This document shows, piece after piece, positions 26,580-35,972 of a stretch of DNA of 64,000 nucleotides (positions within the stretch are counted from its first letter, which is position 1; every line of letters begins with the position of its first letter). Under the pieces are notes generated by a model, which was not told where the DNA came from, made no database searches, and saw nothing but the letters and a program-made list of their open reading frames with translations. The position numbers were made by a program, and so were the translations under genes. The stretch is from a virus, in IMG/VR virus record IMGVR_UViG_3300045988_151198; one strand, given 5' to 3'.

Positions 26580-27842
26580 TTGGGAAAACATAGCAGGATA
26601 GGAGCTTCTTCCTCAGAAAGATGGATGGCGTGCCCCGCTTCCGTCAGGATGAGCGTAGGGCTCAAAAACGAAGGCGGCCCCGCAGCAAAAGAGGGCACGG
26701 CGGCCCATGCTCTCGCAGAGTTCTGCCTTAAAAATGAGATGTATCCCGCATGTAAGAAAGGAAAAAAGATCTACGTAAAGGGAGATTCCTTTGAGATAGA
26801 AGAAGAGATGATAAAAAGCGTCTCTCTTTACGTAGGCCACATTCTTTACGTAGTTCATAATCAAAAATTGTGGATGGACGAGAATGGCGACCTTGTTCAA
26901 ATCGAATCCGAAAATATTCATTTTGAAAAGTTTGAGAAAGGGGATAGCAAGAAGCTGTCCGTCGAGGAAAAATTCGCTCTTACTTGGATAAAGGAAGGGA
27001 TGTTCGGTACATGCGACTGTAATTACAAAGATTATAAGAATAGGAGACTGTATGTATTCGACCTAAAATATGGAAAGAGCACGCCAGTAACAGCCGTTGA
27101 CAATTCTCAAATGAAATACTACGCTTTGGGTATTGTAGGAGAGCCATTATCGAATGACGACTTTGATGAAGTAGTAATGGTTATTGTCCAGCCGAGAAAC
27201 GATTGTTTCGGGGTAAGTTCGTACAGTCTAAAGATCGATGATCTCTATCTCTGGGCTGAAACGGAGTTACGCCCTGCGGCAGAAAAGACAGAAGATCCTG
27301 ATGCCGAATTTTCATCAGGAGATCACTGTAAATGGTGCCCGGCCTTTGGAGTTTGTCCTCAGATCGAAAAAGATCTTGGATATTTAGTAAATTATAACAA
27401 TTATATAGAAGAAAAGAAAAAAAATATTGAACTTCCAGACCCAAGACACTTGACAAGTGAAGAAAAGTCTCGTATATTGCATCTATCGATTGTGTACGCA
27501 CCTTGGATCGAAGCGGTGGCAAAATCAGCTTATGAAGACGCTGTCGCGGGAAGATTAGTTCCGGGGTTTAAGTTAGTTAAAAAAAGAAAATCGAGACGAG
27601 TTTGGAGGGACAATGCGCTCACCGCCCAAGAGCTAAGTTTGAAGTATGGAGATGAAATTTTTGAGGAGAGAAAGTTAAAATCGCCTTCTAAATTAGAAGG
27701 TATTTTGACAGGAGAGGAAATTGATCTCTACTCATTTAGACCGGAATCCGGTACGGAATTAAAACCAGAAAACGATAAACGTAAATCCGTAAATCCATTA
27801 ACATCTATCGACGAATTTTATTCGCAACAAGAGGAAAACTAA
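26580..27842 (+). CDS. PD-(D/E)XK-family nuclease (RecB/Cas4-like phage exonuclease with a Cys cluster)
   Basis: N-terminal GASSSERWMACPAS and GTAAHALAE, central D/E-K core, C-terminal CKWCPAFGVCPQ Cys motif. Confidence 0.55.
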   Translation: MGKHSRIGASSSERWMACPASVRMSVGLKNEGGPAAKEGTAAHALAEFCLKNEMYPACKKGKKIYVKGDSFEIEEEMIKSVSLYVGHILYVVHNQKLWMDENGDLVQIESENIHFEKFEKGDSKKLSVEEKFALTWIKEGMFGTCDCNYKDYKNRRLYVFDLKYGKSTPVTAVDNSQMKYYALGIVGEPLSNDDFDEVVMVIVQPRNDCFGVSSYSLKIDDLYLWAETELRPAAEKTEDPDAEFSSGDHCKWCPAFGVCPQIEKDLGYLVNYNNYIEEKKKNIELPDPRHLTSEEKSRILHLSIVYAPWIEAVAKSAYEDAVAGRLVPGFKLVKKRKSRRVWRDNALTAQELSLKYGDEIFEERKLKSPSKLEGILTGEEIDLYSFRPESGTELKPENDKRKSVNPLTSIDEFYSQQEEN

Positions 27843-27843
27843 A

Positions 27844-28503
27844 ATGGCAAGAGTTACTAAGCGCGTTATTTTCAAGGCTTCTATTTCTTATCCTCATCTT
27901 TCCGAGCCTGTAGTCAATCCCAATGATAAGAACAAAGACCCTCAGTACAGCATTGAAGCGCGCATTCCCAAGAGCGACGTAGACACGATTAAGAAAGTGC
28001 GCTCCGTGCTTGAGGAAGTTTATACCGAGGGCGCTGGCCCGGATAAGAAGAAGTGGAAAGTTGATTTCCGTGAGCCCGGCTTTTTTGATACGTATCTGTC
28101 GAAGCAAGGCAAGGATGGTTTCCCTCTTCGAGACGGCAAATATAAGCCGAGCGGCGATTGCGACGATATTGTTTTCATGAGCGTCAAAAACAAGTATCCT
28201 ATTGCTCTGGGCGTAAAGACTGGCCCCACGACTTATCGGAAGCTCGAATCGAAAGAAGAAATCGAAAAGGAACTTTACGCTGGTTGTATTGCCGATGTCA
28301 TCATGGATGTTTACTACAATGACAAGCCCGGCACTGAATCCGGATGCTTCCTTTCCCTCAAGGGTGTCGTAAAGACTGGTGAAGGGCAGCGTCTTGCCGG
28401 AAGCTCTCCCGTCGACCTTGGTGAACTCTATGGCACCGAAGAAAATAACGATGTAACCTACGGTGGCTCGGAAGATTCTTCCTCCGATGATTTGCCGTTC
28501 TAA
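27844..28503 (+). CDS. ssDNA-binding protein, T7 gp2.5-like / DUF2815 family, with an acidic C-terminal tail ending in Phe
   Basis: N-terminal VIFKASISYPHLSEP matches the DUF2815 signature (RLSY..L.eP); C-terminus GGSEDSSSDDLPF. Confidence 0.55.
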   Translation: MARVTKRVIFKASISYPHLSEPVVNPNDKNKDPQYSIEARIPKSDVDTIKKVRSVLEEVYTEGAGPDKKKWKVDFREPGFFDTYLSKQGKDGFPLRDGKYKPSGDCDDIVFMSVKNKYPIALGVKTGPTTYRKLESKEEIEKELYAGCIADVIMDVYYNDKPGTESGCFLSLKGVVKTGEGQRLAGSSPVDLGELYGTEENNDVTYGGSEDSSSDDLPF

Positions 28504-28525
28504 TAAAAAATAAGGAAATAAAATA

Positions 28526-28828
28526 ATGTCAGAGAATGAAAAGACCAACAATGTTTGCCGCCGCGACTTGACGAATGCCGTCATGCGTATTACCGGATTC
28601 CGCCGTGCTGATATCGAAAAGGTTATCAATGCGTATACTGAGGTGATTTATGCCAATCTTAAAGCAGGGCGTAGCGTGAAGCTGCATCGGCTGTGTACTT
28701 TCAAGGTCGTAGACTTGGCCCCCCGTGAGTTCCGTTCAAACCTTACCGGAGAAATTGTTCGTAAGCCCGCACGAAAACGTGTTCGTGTGAAGCTTTCCTC
28801 CCGACTCCAGATTAATGAGAAGAACTAA
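28526..28828 (+). CDS. HU/IHF-family DNA-binding protein
   Basis: About 100 aa; the arm region FKVVDLAPREFRSNLTGEIVRKPARKRVRVK matches the HU beta-arm pattern (R.G.NP.TGE...A...V.FK). Confidence 0.65.
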   Translation: MSENEKTNNVCRRDLTNAVMRITGFRRADIEKVINAYTEVIYANLKAGRSVKLHRLCTFKVVDLAPREFRSNLTGEIVRKPARKRVRVKLSSRLQINEKN

Positions 28829-28908
28829 AACCCTATAACAAAAGTCCCCGCATCCGAGCTAAAAAAAGCAAAGAGCGGGGACTCTACGTTTATACTGAGA
28901 GATACGCT

Positions 28909-29097
28909 ATGACCATATCAAACTGTTTGTACTGCGGGGGAAAGGGGAAGCTCGTAATTCGATCCGGATTAAAGAATTATCGTAAAGTCGATATTTATCA
29001 GGTGCAATGCAATAAATGTCGTGCTAGAGGTCCTATATCCGATAATGAAATCAATGCTATACGTTATTGGAACGGAAAAGGGTATCCTTCCGCATAA
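28909..29097 (+). CDS. Lar-family restriction alleviation protein
   Basis: CLYCGGKG...VQCNKCRARGP...EINAIRYWN matches the Lar-family pattern (CPFCG...C..Cga.gp...eAi.aWN). Confidence 0.55.
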   Translation: MTISNCLYCGGKGKLVIRSGLKNYRKVDIYQVQCNKCRARGPISDNEINAIRYWNGKGYPSA

Positions 29098-29161
29098 AAA
29101 GTTCTTGACACGAAAAGCGTAATTTAATAGGTTGTAAAAAACATCAACAAGGAGAGAAAAT

Positions 29162-30211
29162 ATGTCTATTCTCAAGTCCAAAGTTTCCGTTATCCGTTTT
29201 ATCACCGAAGTTGAAGATAATCTTGAAACTATCATCAATGGGCTTAACGCCGCACGTTTTCAGGAAAAGTGGGAAGCCGGGATGGATTCCATGCAAGGCT
29301 TCCGCCCCCTTAATGACCGTTGGGGCTCCTCTGATTTCCACGAAGGCAACATCAAGGCGAATGGGTTTATTGCATTCTTTTTCCGTACTGACACTAAGCG
29401 GGTAGATCCCAATCTTCTCAAGCGTGAAATCTCTGACCGGATTGAGCGTTTCTCTGAAACTCATGGGAAGAAGCCCAATCGTGAAGAACGTAAGGACATT
29501 CAGGTCACTGTAAAGAATAAGCTGCTCGGAGAAGAAAAGGCCAAGCCTTCTTTCTATCCGGTTATGTTTAATCCTGAAACGGGGGAAGGGTATCTTTTCG
29601 CTACTTCCAATAGTGTCTTTGAGAAGTTCCGGGCGTCGTTCAAGTTGGTCGCCGGGATTCCAAATGTCAAGAATCTCGAAGAAATCGTGGAATCCAGAAA
29701 TCTTGATTTTATGGTCGATAGCCAGACGTTCCTGACGTGGTTCTGGTGGCGCATGGAGAACGATCCCACCAAACCCGTCACCACCGAGAATACTTCCTAC
29801 GAATGCTCCATGAGCGGCACTGTAACGGTAAGTTCGGCGGAAACCGGGGAAAAGGTCACGGAGAAGTCGGATCAGCTTCATGAGGCTCGTATGGCCCTTC
29901 TGCGGGGTCTTCGTGCGGAAAAGGCGGCGGTTACTTGCTGCGCTGGTTCTGGAGTTAATATTGAGTTTACTTTGAATAATGAAAGCCTCAATATTTCCGG
30001 GCTCCCTATTCCTAAGATGGAAGAAAAGCCGAGCGACGTGTTTGAAGAATTTGAACATGCGAAGATTCATATTGATGAAGCTTTTGCTCTTATTGATTCT
30101 TTGATGGAGGAATATATTGAGCTTAATGCGGTAGGCGACCCGCTGCCTCCTACTCCGCTTATTCATTGGGGCCGTGGGGACTTTTGTTCCGGAAGCATTG
30201 AAATTCTGTAA
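29162..30211 (+). CDS. recombination-associated protein, RdgC-like
   Basis: 349 aa; block pattern (N-terminal KSKVSVIRF, FFFRTDTKRVDPNLLKREI, KKPNREERKDIQ...LLGEEKAKPSF) parallels E. coli RdgC; moderate confidence. Confidence 0.45.
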   Translation: MSILKSKVSVIRFITEVEDNLETIINGLNAARFQEKWEAGMDSMQGFRPLNDRWGSSDFHEGNIKANGFIAFFFRTDTKRVDPNLLKREISDRIERFSETHGKKPNREERKDIQVTVKNKLLGEEKAKPSFYPVMFNPETGEGYLFATSNSVFEKFRASFKLVAGIPNVKNLEEIVESRNLDFMVDSQTFLTWFWWRMENDPTKPVTTENTSYECSMSGTVTVSSAETGEKVTEKSDQLHEARMALLRGLRAEKAAVTCCAGSGVNIEFTLNNESLNISGLPIPKMEEKPSDVFEEFEHAKIHIDEAFALIDSLMEEYIELNAVGDPLPPTPLIHWGRGDFCSGSIEIL

Positions 30212-30225
30212 GCACGGAGGATATA

Positions 30226-30417
30226 ATGGCAAAAGGAACTTTCAGGGTAGTAGAAAAAATTTGTCCTTTCTTGAATGCGCCGTGTAAGGAAAAGAGGTGT
30301 ATGATGTGGGATGAAAAATATCTAGTCTGCCAATTGGCATATCCAGCGAAACGTAGGGTAAAAGGCGAAAGTATACAGCCGCTTTATCTAAATCATATAA
30401 ACATGGAAACGAAATAA
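30226..30417 (+). CDS. small Cys-containing protein (hypothetical)
   Basis: 63 aa; CPFLNAPCKEKRC. Confidence 0.3.
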   Translation: MAKGTFRVVEKICPFLNAPCKEKRCMMWDEKYLVCQLAYPAKRRVKGESIQPLYLNHINMETK

Positions 30418-30476
30418 ATAAAAAAAAGATACCAGCGTTTGTTAAAAATTCTGGTATCTTTTTTAATAAAGGAGGC

Positions 30477-32606
30477 ATGATGAAATCCGTAATTGACTTT
30501 GAAACGAGGTCCCCTGTAGATATTAAAACCTGTGGAGCTTACGCATATGCTGCACACCCTGATACTGAGGTGATGATGCTTGCCGTCCGTATATGTGGAC
30601 AGGAGGCTCGTGTATGGGTAGCTCCGGCATATAGGCATTTTCTTGATACTGAATTGAGCGACGATGAATTGCAGGATATTATTAATAATTGTGAAGAGAT
30701 TGCAGCACATAACGCCCCTTTCGAAAGAGCCATTTGGAAGTTCAAGATGGAGCCTCTCTGGTTTAAGCCATTGCCATTAGAGAAAATTCGATGCACGATG
30801 TCTCAGGCCCTTATGTGCAACCTTCCCCGTAAACTGGAACAAGCGGTAAAGGTTTGGCGAAAAGACGCCCCTCAGAAGGATAATGAAGGGCATAAGCTGA
30901 TGATGAAAATGTCAAAGCCTAGGAAGTTCCGTAAAGCCGAACTTTCCGCATTCCCAGACCCCGAAAAGGCTAAGGCTACTCAAGAGTACGTCTATGCCGT
31001 GCTTTCAAAAGGTGGCATTCCTACCATTAAAAACTACCATCAATATATTGTCTATCCTTGTGACGAGCCAATGTTTAAACGATATGTTGAATATTGTCGA
31101 CAGGACGTGGTTGCGGAAGAAGTTCTTTTTACGGAGCTTCCTCCTATCCCTGAGCGGGAGCTTAAAGTGTGGCGGCTCGACCAGACGATCAATGACCGTG
31201 GAGTAGGAATTGACAGGTTTCACGCGGTCAAAATTATGGATATGGTTAATAAAGTAGAAGATATTTTGACGGATGAAGCTTCCGAGATTACGTATGGTGC
31301 TGTATCTACCATGAAGTCTTCCAAGTCTATTATTGAATGGCTTCAATCTCGTGGGGTTGATACTGATTCGGCAAGCAAGCAAGCTATCTCCGACCTTCTT
31401 GAACGGACTGATCTCCCCTCTGATGTTCGTAGATTCCTTGAGATTCGTCAGACTATTGCCATGTCTTCTACGGCAAAATATCAGACCATGCTTTGTACTT
31501 CGTGCTATGATGGCAGGGCTCATGGAACGATGATATATCATGGAGCCTCTACCGGACGATTTGCTGGTGCTCTTATTCAACCGCAAAATTTGACTAGACC
31601 TTCAACAAATAATATGAATATCCCCGAAGGTTCCAAGCCGATAAAAAATTATAAAATATCCGATATAGATATTGAATTGGCTTCAAGTGGAAATTTAGAT
31701 ATTATTTCCGAGTTTTGGAAAGATCCAAAAATTCTTGCAGCCGATTGTCTTCGAGCTATGATTCATGCTAAAAGAGGAAGCGATTTCATTTGCGCTGACT
31801 ATAGTGGTATTGAAGCCAGAGCTATCGCATATCTTGCGGGAGAAGAATATGTCCTACAATCCTTTAGGGATAACCTAGATCCATATAAAGTTGCAGCGTC
31901 TATTATTTATGGAATTAGATATGACGATGTCGATGATGACCCACAAAGAAAAATTGGAAAAGTGGTTGTTCTTGCTTGCGGATTTGGGGGAGGATATGGG
32001 GCCTTCTTGAGATTTGGAGCAGACCGGATGGGTATTGGTGAAGAAGAAGGAAAAAGGATTATCAATGCTTGGAGGGAAGGTAGACCAATGACGGTTAAGC
32101 TTTGGAGTAAACTCGTAGAAGCTTCCGTTATGGCAATGAAGGATAAAGGCACCGTTTATACATATAGAAATATTTCTTTTATTTATCATAAAAGATTTTT
32201 GTTAATGCGACTTCCTAGTGGAAGATATCTTTATTATTTTGATCCTAAACTTGAAGATGTGGAGATGGCATGGTCTACGCCAGAAAAGCCAGCGTTCAAG
32301 AAGCTTGTTACGGCAATGACCTTGACGCCAGAAAAACAATTTGTGAGAAGGCCGCTTAACCATCTCATACTTTCAGAAAATGTTACACAAGCTTTCTGTA
32401 GAGATCTGATGGTGAATGCGATGTTCAATCTCGAAGAAGCCAATTATCCGGTAGTGTTTCATGTTCATGATGAAATCATTGCGGAAGTTCCTAAAGGGTT
32501 TGGATCTGTCGAGGAATTTGAAAATATCATGTGCAAGCTTCCTCAATGGGCGGAAGGTCTGCCAGTAAAGGCCGAAGGATGGAGGGGAGAATTTTATAGG
32601 AAATAA
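30477..32606 (+). CDS. DNA polymerase, family A (T7-like, with an N-terminal 3'-5' exonuclease domain)
   Basis: Exo I IDFETRS; Pol motif A DYSGIEARAIA, motif B RKIGKVVVLACGFGGGYG, motif C VFHVHDEI. Confidence 0.85.
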   Translation: MMKSVIDFETRSPVDIKTCGAYAYAAHPDTEVMMLAVRICGQEARVWVAPAYRHFLDTELSDDELQDIINNCEEIAAHNAPFERAIWKFKMEPLWFKPLPLEKIRCTMSQALMCNLPRKLEQAVKVWRKDAPQKDNEGHKLMMKMSKPRKFRKAELSAFPDPEKAKATQEYVYAVLSKGGIPTIKNYHQYIVYPCDEPMFKRYVEYCRQDVVAEEVLFTELPPIPERELKVWRLDQTINDRGVGIDRFHAVKIMDMVNKVEDILTDEASEITYGAVSTMKSSKSIIEWLQSRGVDTDSASKQAISDLLERTDLPSDVRRFLEIRQTIAMSSTAKYQTMLCTSCYDGRAHGTMIYHGASTGRFAGALIQPQNLTRPSTNNMNIPEGSKPIKNYKISDIDIELASSGNLDIISEFWKDPKILAADCLRAMIHAKRGSDFICADYSGIEARAIAYLAGEEYVLQSFRDNLDPYKVAASIIYGIRYDDVDDDPQRKIGKVVVLACGFGGGYGAFLRFGADRMGIGEEEGKRIINAWREGRPMTVKLWSKLVEASVMAMKDKGTVYTYRNISFIYHKRFLLMRLPSGRYLYYFDPKLEDVEMAWSTPEKPAFKKLVTAMTLTPEKQFVRRPLNHLILSENVTQAFCRDLMVNAMFNLEEANYPVVFHVHDEIIAEVPKGFGSVEEFENIMCKLPQWAEGLPVKAEGWRGEFYRK

Positions 32607-32681
32607 CCGAAAAAATATGTTGACATAAATAGTTTTAAAATTTAATATTGATTATTCACACACATAAAGGAGAAGATTAAA

Positions 32682-33422
32682 ATGGACAAATACCATAAAA
32701 GACCTTTTGATTCACGATGGGAGAGTAGGGAAGATATTACTAAAAATAATCGGGTTAAATTAACGTATAAACCTAGAAGTGGAGAAAAGTTTGGGAGATT
32801 AACTATTATTGAATCCGATTGGGGTCAGTATCGTGCATACGCAAAAGTTCGATGTGAATGTGGGTCTGAATTTAAAGTTCCAGTAGCGCAAATTCGGATG
32901 GGAGAGCATCTTTCGTGCCGTAGATGCGCACAAAAAAATAGAAAATATAAAAATAAAATTCTTAAAAAACTAAATGAACTTATCCCTGATTCAAAATTAC
33001 GATCACTTTGGACACAGCGTTACCGCAATATTATGGAAAAATGCTATAACACTAGTTGTAAACAATATCATCAATGTGGAGGCAGAGGAATCGAAATATA
33101 CGAAGAATGGATGGAGGATAGACTTAAATTTTTAGAATATATTAAAACATTACAAAACTGGGAAAACACCGCATATGATTTTTGTAGAATAAATGTTAAT
33201 GGTAATTATGAACCGGGAAATGTTAGATTAGTCACCAGAAAAGAAAATATCAATAATAGGAGAGTATCTATAAAAATTAAATATGATGGTTGTAAATACA
33301 CTATACGAGAATTTAAAGAAAAATTTACTCCAGAATGGACTAGGTCATCTATTTTATATCATACAAAAAAAGGTCACACACCTGAATATATGATCTATAG
33401 ATATAATATCAAACATAAATAG
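32682..33422 (+). CDS. HNH endonuclease (homing-endonuclease-like, HNH_3 type with an N-terminal zinc ribbon)
   Basis: N-terminal GRLTIIE...VRCECGSEFKV...LSCRRCA; C-terminal INVNGNYEPGNVRLVTRKENINN matches the HNH_3 motif. Confidence 0.6.
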   Translation: MDKYHKRPFDSRWESREDITKNNRVKLTYKPRSGEKFGRLTIIESDWGQYRAYAKVRCECGSEFKVPVAQIRMGEHLSCRRCAQKNRKYKNKILKKLNELIPDSKLRSLWTQRYRNIMEKCYNTSCKQYHQCGGRGIEIYEEWMEDRLKFLEYIKTLQNWENTAYDFCRINVNGNYEPGNVRLVTRKENINNRRVSIKIKYDGCKYTIREFKEKFTPEWTRSSILYHTKKGHTPEYMIYRYNIKHK

Positions 33423-33510
33423 CCTAAAGAATATGTTGACATTCGCTTCCGATTGATGAATACTCCATTTGTCGGAAGCAAACATCTTTAGAAAGAAGGA
33501 GTGTAAGAGA

Positions 33511-34693
33511 ATGATTGAGGTAAAAGGATCAGTAAGTACAGCTAAGGTTTTCACAGACTATGTGGATCCGACCGCGTTATCTCAGATTATTGAATTATGT
33601 AATCAGGAGTTCACCGAAGGAAGTAAAATCCGTATTATGCCTGATGTACATGCTGGTGCTGGATGCGTTATTGGAACGACGATGACCATTGAAAATAAGA
33701 AAATCGTTCCTAATCTTGTCGGTGTTGATATTGGCTGTGGGTTGACATCGGCAAGATATGGCGGTTACGAATTGGGCTTCCTGCAAGAATATGAAAAAGA
33801 AGAAGGTGTGTGGGTAAATGATTTTTTAAAAGAATTTGATAGGTTGATTCGGGCAAATGTTCCTATGGGTACGAATGTTTGCGAAAAGCTAATGTACCAT
33901 CCATTTAGGACACGAATAAAAGAATTGATTTGCGCTAAAAATGTAAATATTGAAAGGGGGTATCACAGTATTGGAACCCTTGGTGGTGGAAATCATTTTA
34001 TTGAAGTTGGATGTGATATTTTCTCTGAAAAGAAAGGGCACATAGGAGAATTGCGTAGAGATTTTTATATCACGGTTCATTCCGGATCTCGTGGTATCGG
34101 AAAAGAAGTAGCTACTTATTATCAAAAAATTGCGGAAGAACAATGCAAAAATGTGCCAAAGCACTTAGCATATTTATCTGGGAACGCATTTGAAGACTAT
34201 ATTCACGATATGCAGATTATGCAGGAATACGCTTCTATTAATCGTGATTGTATAATCGAAAAAAATAGCTATGAATTGCGCTTTAATCGCTCCCGCTCCG
34301 GATAGCTACGAAGAAACAATTCATAATTATGTCGAGATTGGAGAAAAGATTATTCTTCGCAAAGGTGCAATCTCCGCGAAAAAAGATGAAAAAGTCATGA
34401 TTCCATTAAACATGCGGGATGGTATCATAATCGGAAAAGGTAAGGGCCTTGAGGATTGGAATGAATCCGCGCCTCATGGTGCCGGGCGCGTACTTAGTCG
34501 AGGACAAGCTAAACGGCAATTGTCCGTAGATATTTTTAAGGATCAAATGGAAGGAATCTATTCAACCTGCATAAACGAATCGACGTTGGATGAAAGCCCT
34601 TCCGCATACAAGAATTCTGATGAGATTTGTAATAATCTCGATTCCGTAGAAATTGTCGGAAGGACTAAGCCTATCTATAATATTAAAGCATAA
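33511..34693 (+). pseudogene. rtcB: RtcB-family RNA ligase, disrupted by a frameshift: N-terminal part 33511..34305, C-terminal part continues in the +1 frame from about 34256 to 34693
   Basis: N-terminal motifs MPDVHAGAGCVIG, VGVDIGCGL, GGGNHFIE, ASINRDCI; the C-terminal part carries HNYVE...RKGA...SAPHGAGR; the two frames overlap at 34256..34305. Confidence 0.65.
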
Positions 34694-34705
34694 GAAGGAA
34701 AAACA

Positions 34706-35315
34706 AATGAATATGAAAGTTGAATTTATCGAGGAAGCTGGATGGAATTCTGCATTGCTTGGTCTTGGCCTGTCTTTTGGCCTTACATCAGATAAGACGT
34801 TGGATGACTTAGAGAGCGAGGAAGTGGCTCCCGGTCAGGAATGGCCTCTCCATGAACGTCTTTATCGCCGAGCATGGAATCTTGCCCGGCTTGATAATGG
34901 TCATAATAAATATCTGGAAAGTATCGTAGTTTGGATCGATATTACTGCACCCCGCTATTTCTGGTCGCAATTCGATACCTATCGTGTGGGAACGTCCAAA
35001 CAGTCCGAGTCTACGATGCACACGATTATGAAGCGGCATCTCACGAAGGACGATTTCTCCGACAAAGTTCGTCAGGAAATCATTGACATCCTGAATAAAA
35101 TGATTGACGAAAAGGACTTTGAAGGTGTAAAAGAAAATCTCCCAGAAGGATTCTTGCAGCGGAGAATCGTATGCACCAATTATAAGGTTCTTCGGAATAT
35201 GTACCATCAGCGCAAGAATCACAAATTGAAAGAATGGAGGTTTTTCTGCGACCAGATTCTCATGTATCTTGATGATAGGTTTATCCCTGCCGTAAAGGGA
35301 GGGGTGGATGTCTAG
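34706..35315 (+). CDS. ThyX-fold protein (flavin-dependent thymidylate synthase-like) with a divergent active-site motif
   Basis: GHNKYLESIVVWIDITAPRYFWSQFDTYRVGTSKQSES aligns to the ThyX block [37 protein letters not shown], but RHR is replaced by TYR; a later block (RRIVCTNYKVLRNMYHQRKNHKLKEW) also follows the ThyX pattern. Confidence 0.45.
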
Positions 35316-35958
35316 GAGAGAATTTTTTGGAACATTATTTATTTCTTGTGCTATGGCGAGTCTTACTATTTTCTCAACATCGATGTATCTAAAACTTCGT
35401 AATTATGAGATTTATGCAGATACATATATACGTTCCCTTGTTAAAGAAAACAGTTACTTCAAGGACAAAATGTCCGATGCTATGATGGAATCCGCACAAC
35501 TAAAGGCACAATTGAAGGATTGCCAAGATAAGGGAATTATTTCTCAAGATAAAAAAGAAATATACGGAGATACAAGGGGGTTGCGAAATAACAATCCCTG
35601 TAATCTCAAAAGCTCGAAGAATACGAAATGGGATGGTCAAGTTGGAAGTGATGGCAAGTTCATCATTTTTGAATCCCCTGAGTATGGTATCCGGGCTTGT
35701 GCAAAAAATCTAAAGAATTATCAACACAAGAACGGCCTTGACACATTGCGGAGCATGGTGTATAGAATGGGACCTCCTCACGAAAACGATACAAAAAAAT
35801 ATGTTCGTAATTTATCTAATATCGTAGGAGTATCCCCGGATGAAAAAATTAATGTTCTTAAACATCTCCCCGAGATTATAAAGGGAATCATTTTTCTTGA
35901 GAACGGGAAGATGCCTTACCCCGAGAAGATGTTTATCGGATATACAATCTTTAACTAA
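35308..35958 (+). CDS. membrane-anchored protein (N-terminal TM), hypothetical
   Basis: N-terminal hydrophobic segment LFISCAMASLTIFSTSMYL; RGLRNNNPCNL...GIRA motif of unknown function. Confidence 0.4.
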   Translation: MSRREFFGTLFISCAMASLTIFSTSMYLKLRNYEIYADTYIRSLVKENSYFKDKMSDAMMESAQLKAQLKDCQDKGIISQDKKEIYGDTRGLRNNNPCNLKSSKNTKWDGQVGSDGKFIIFESPEYGIRACAKNLKNYQHKNGLDTLRSMVYRMGPPHENDTKKYVRNLSNIVGVSPDEKINVLKHLPEIIKGIIFLENGKMPYPEKMFIGYTIFN

Positions 35959-35972
35959 TAAGGAGAATTTAC

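Noticed and set aside
27805-28629. 274-aa minus-strand ORF
   Set aside because: It is antisense to the SSB gene, which has clear family motifs on the plus strand. Spurious.
29144-30232. 362-aa minus-strand ORF
   Set aside because: It is antisense to the RdgC-like gene. The plus-strand ORF has the RBS and family-like blocks. Spurious.
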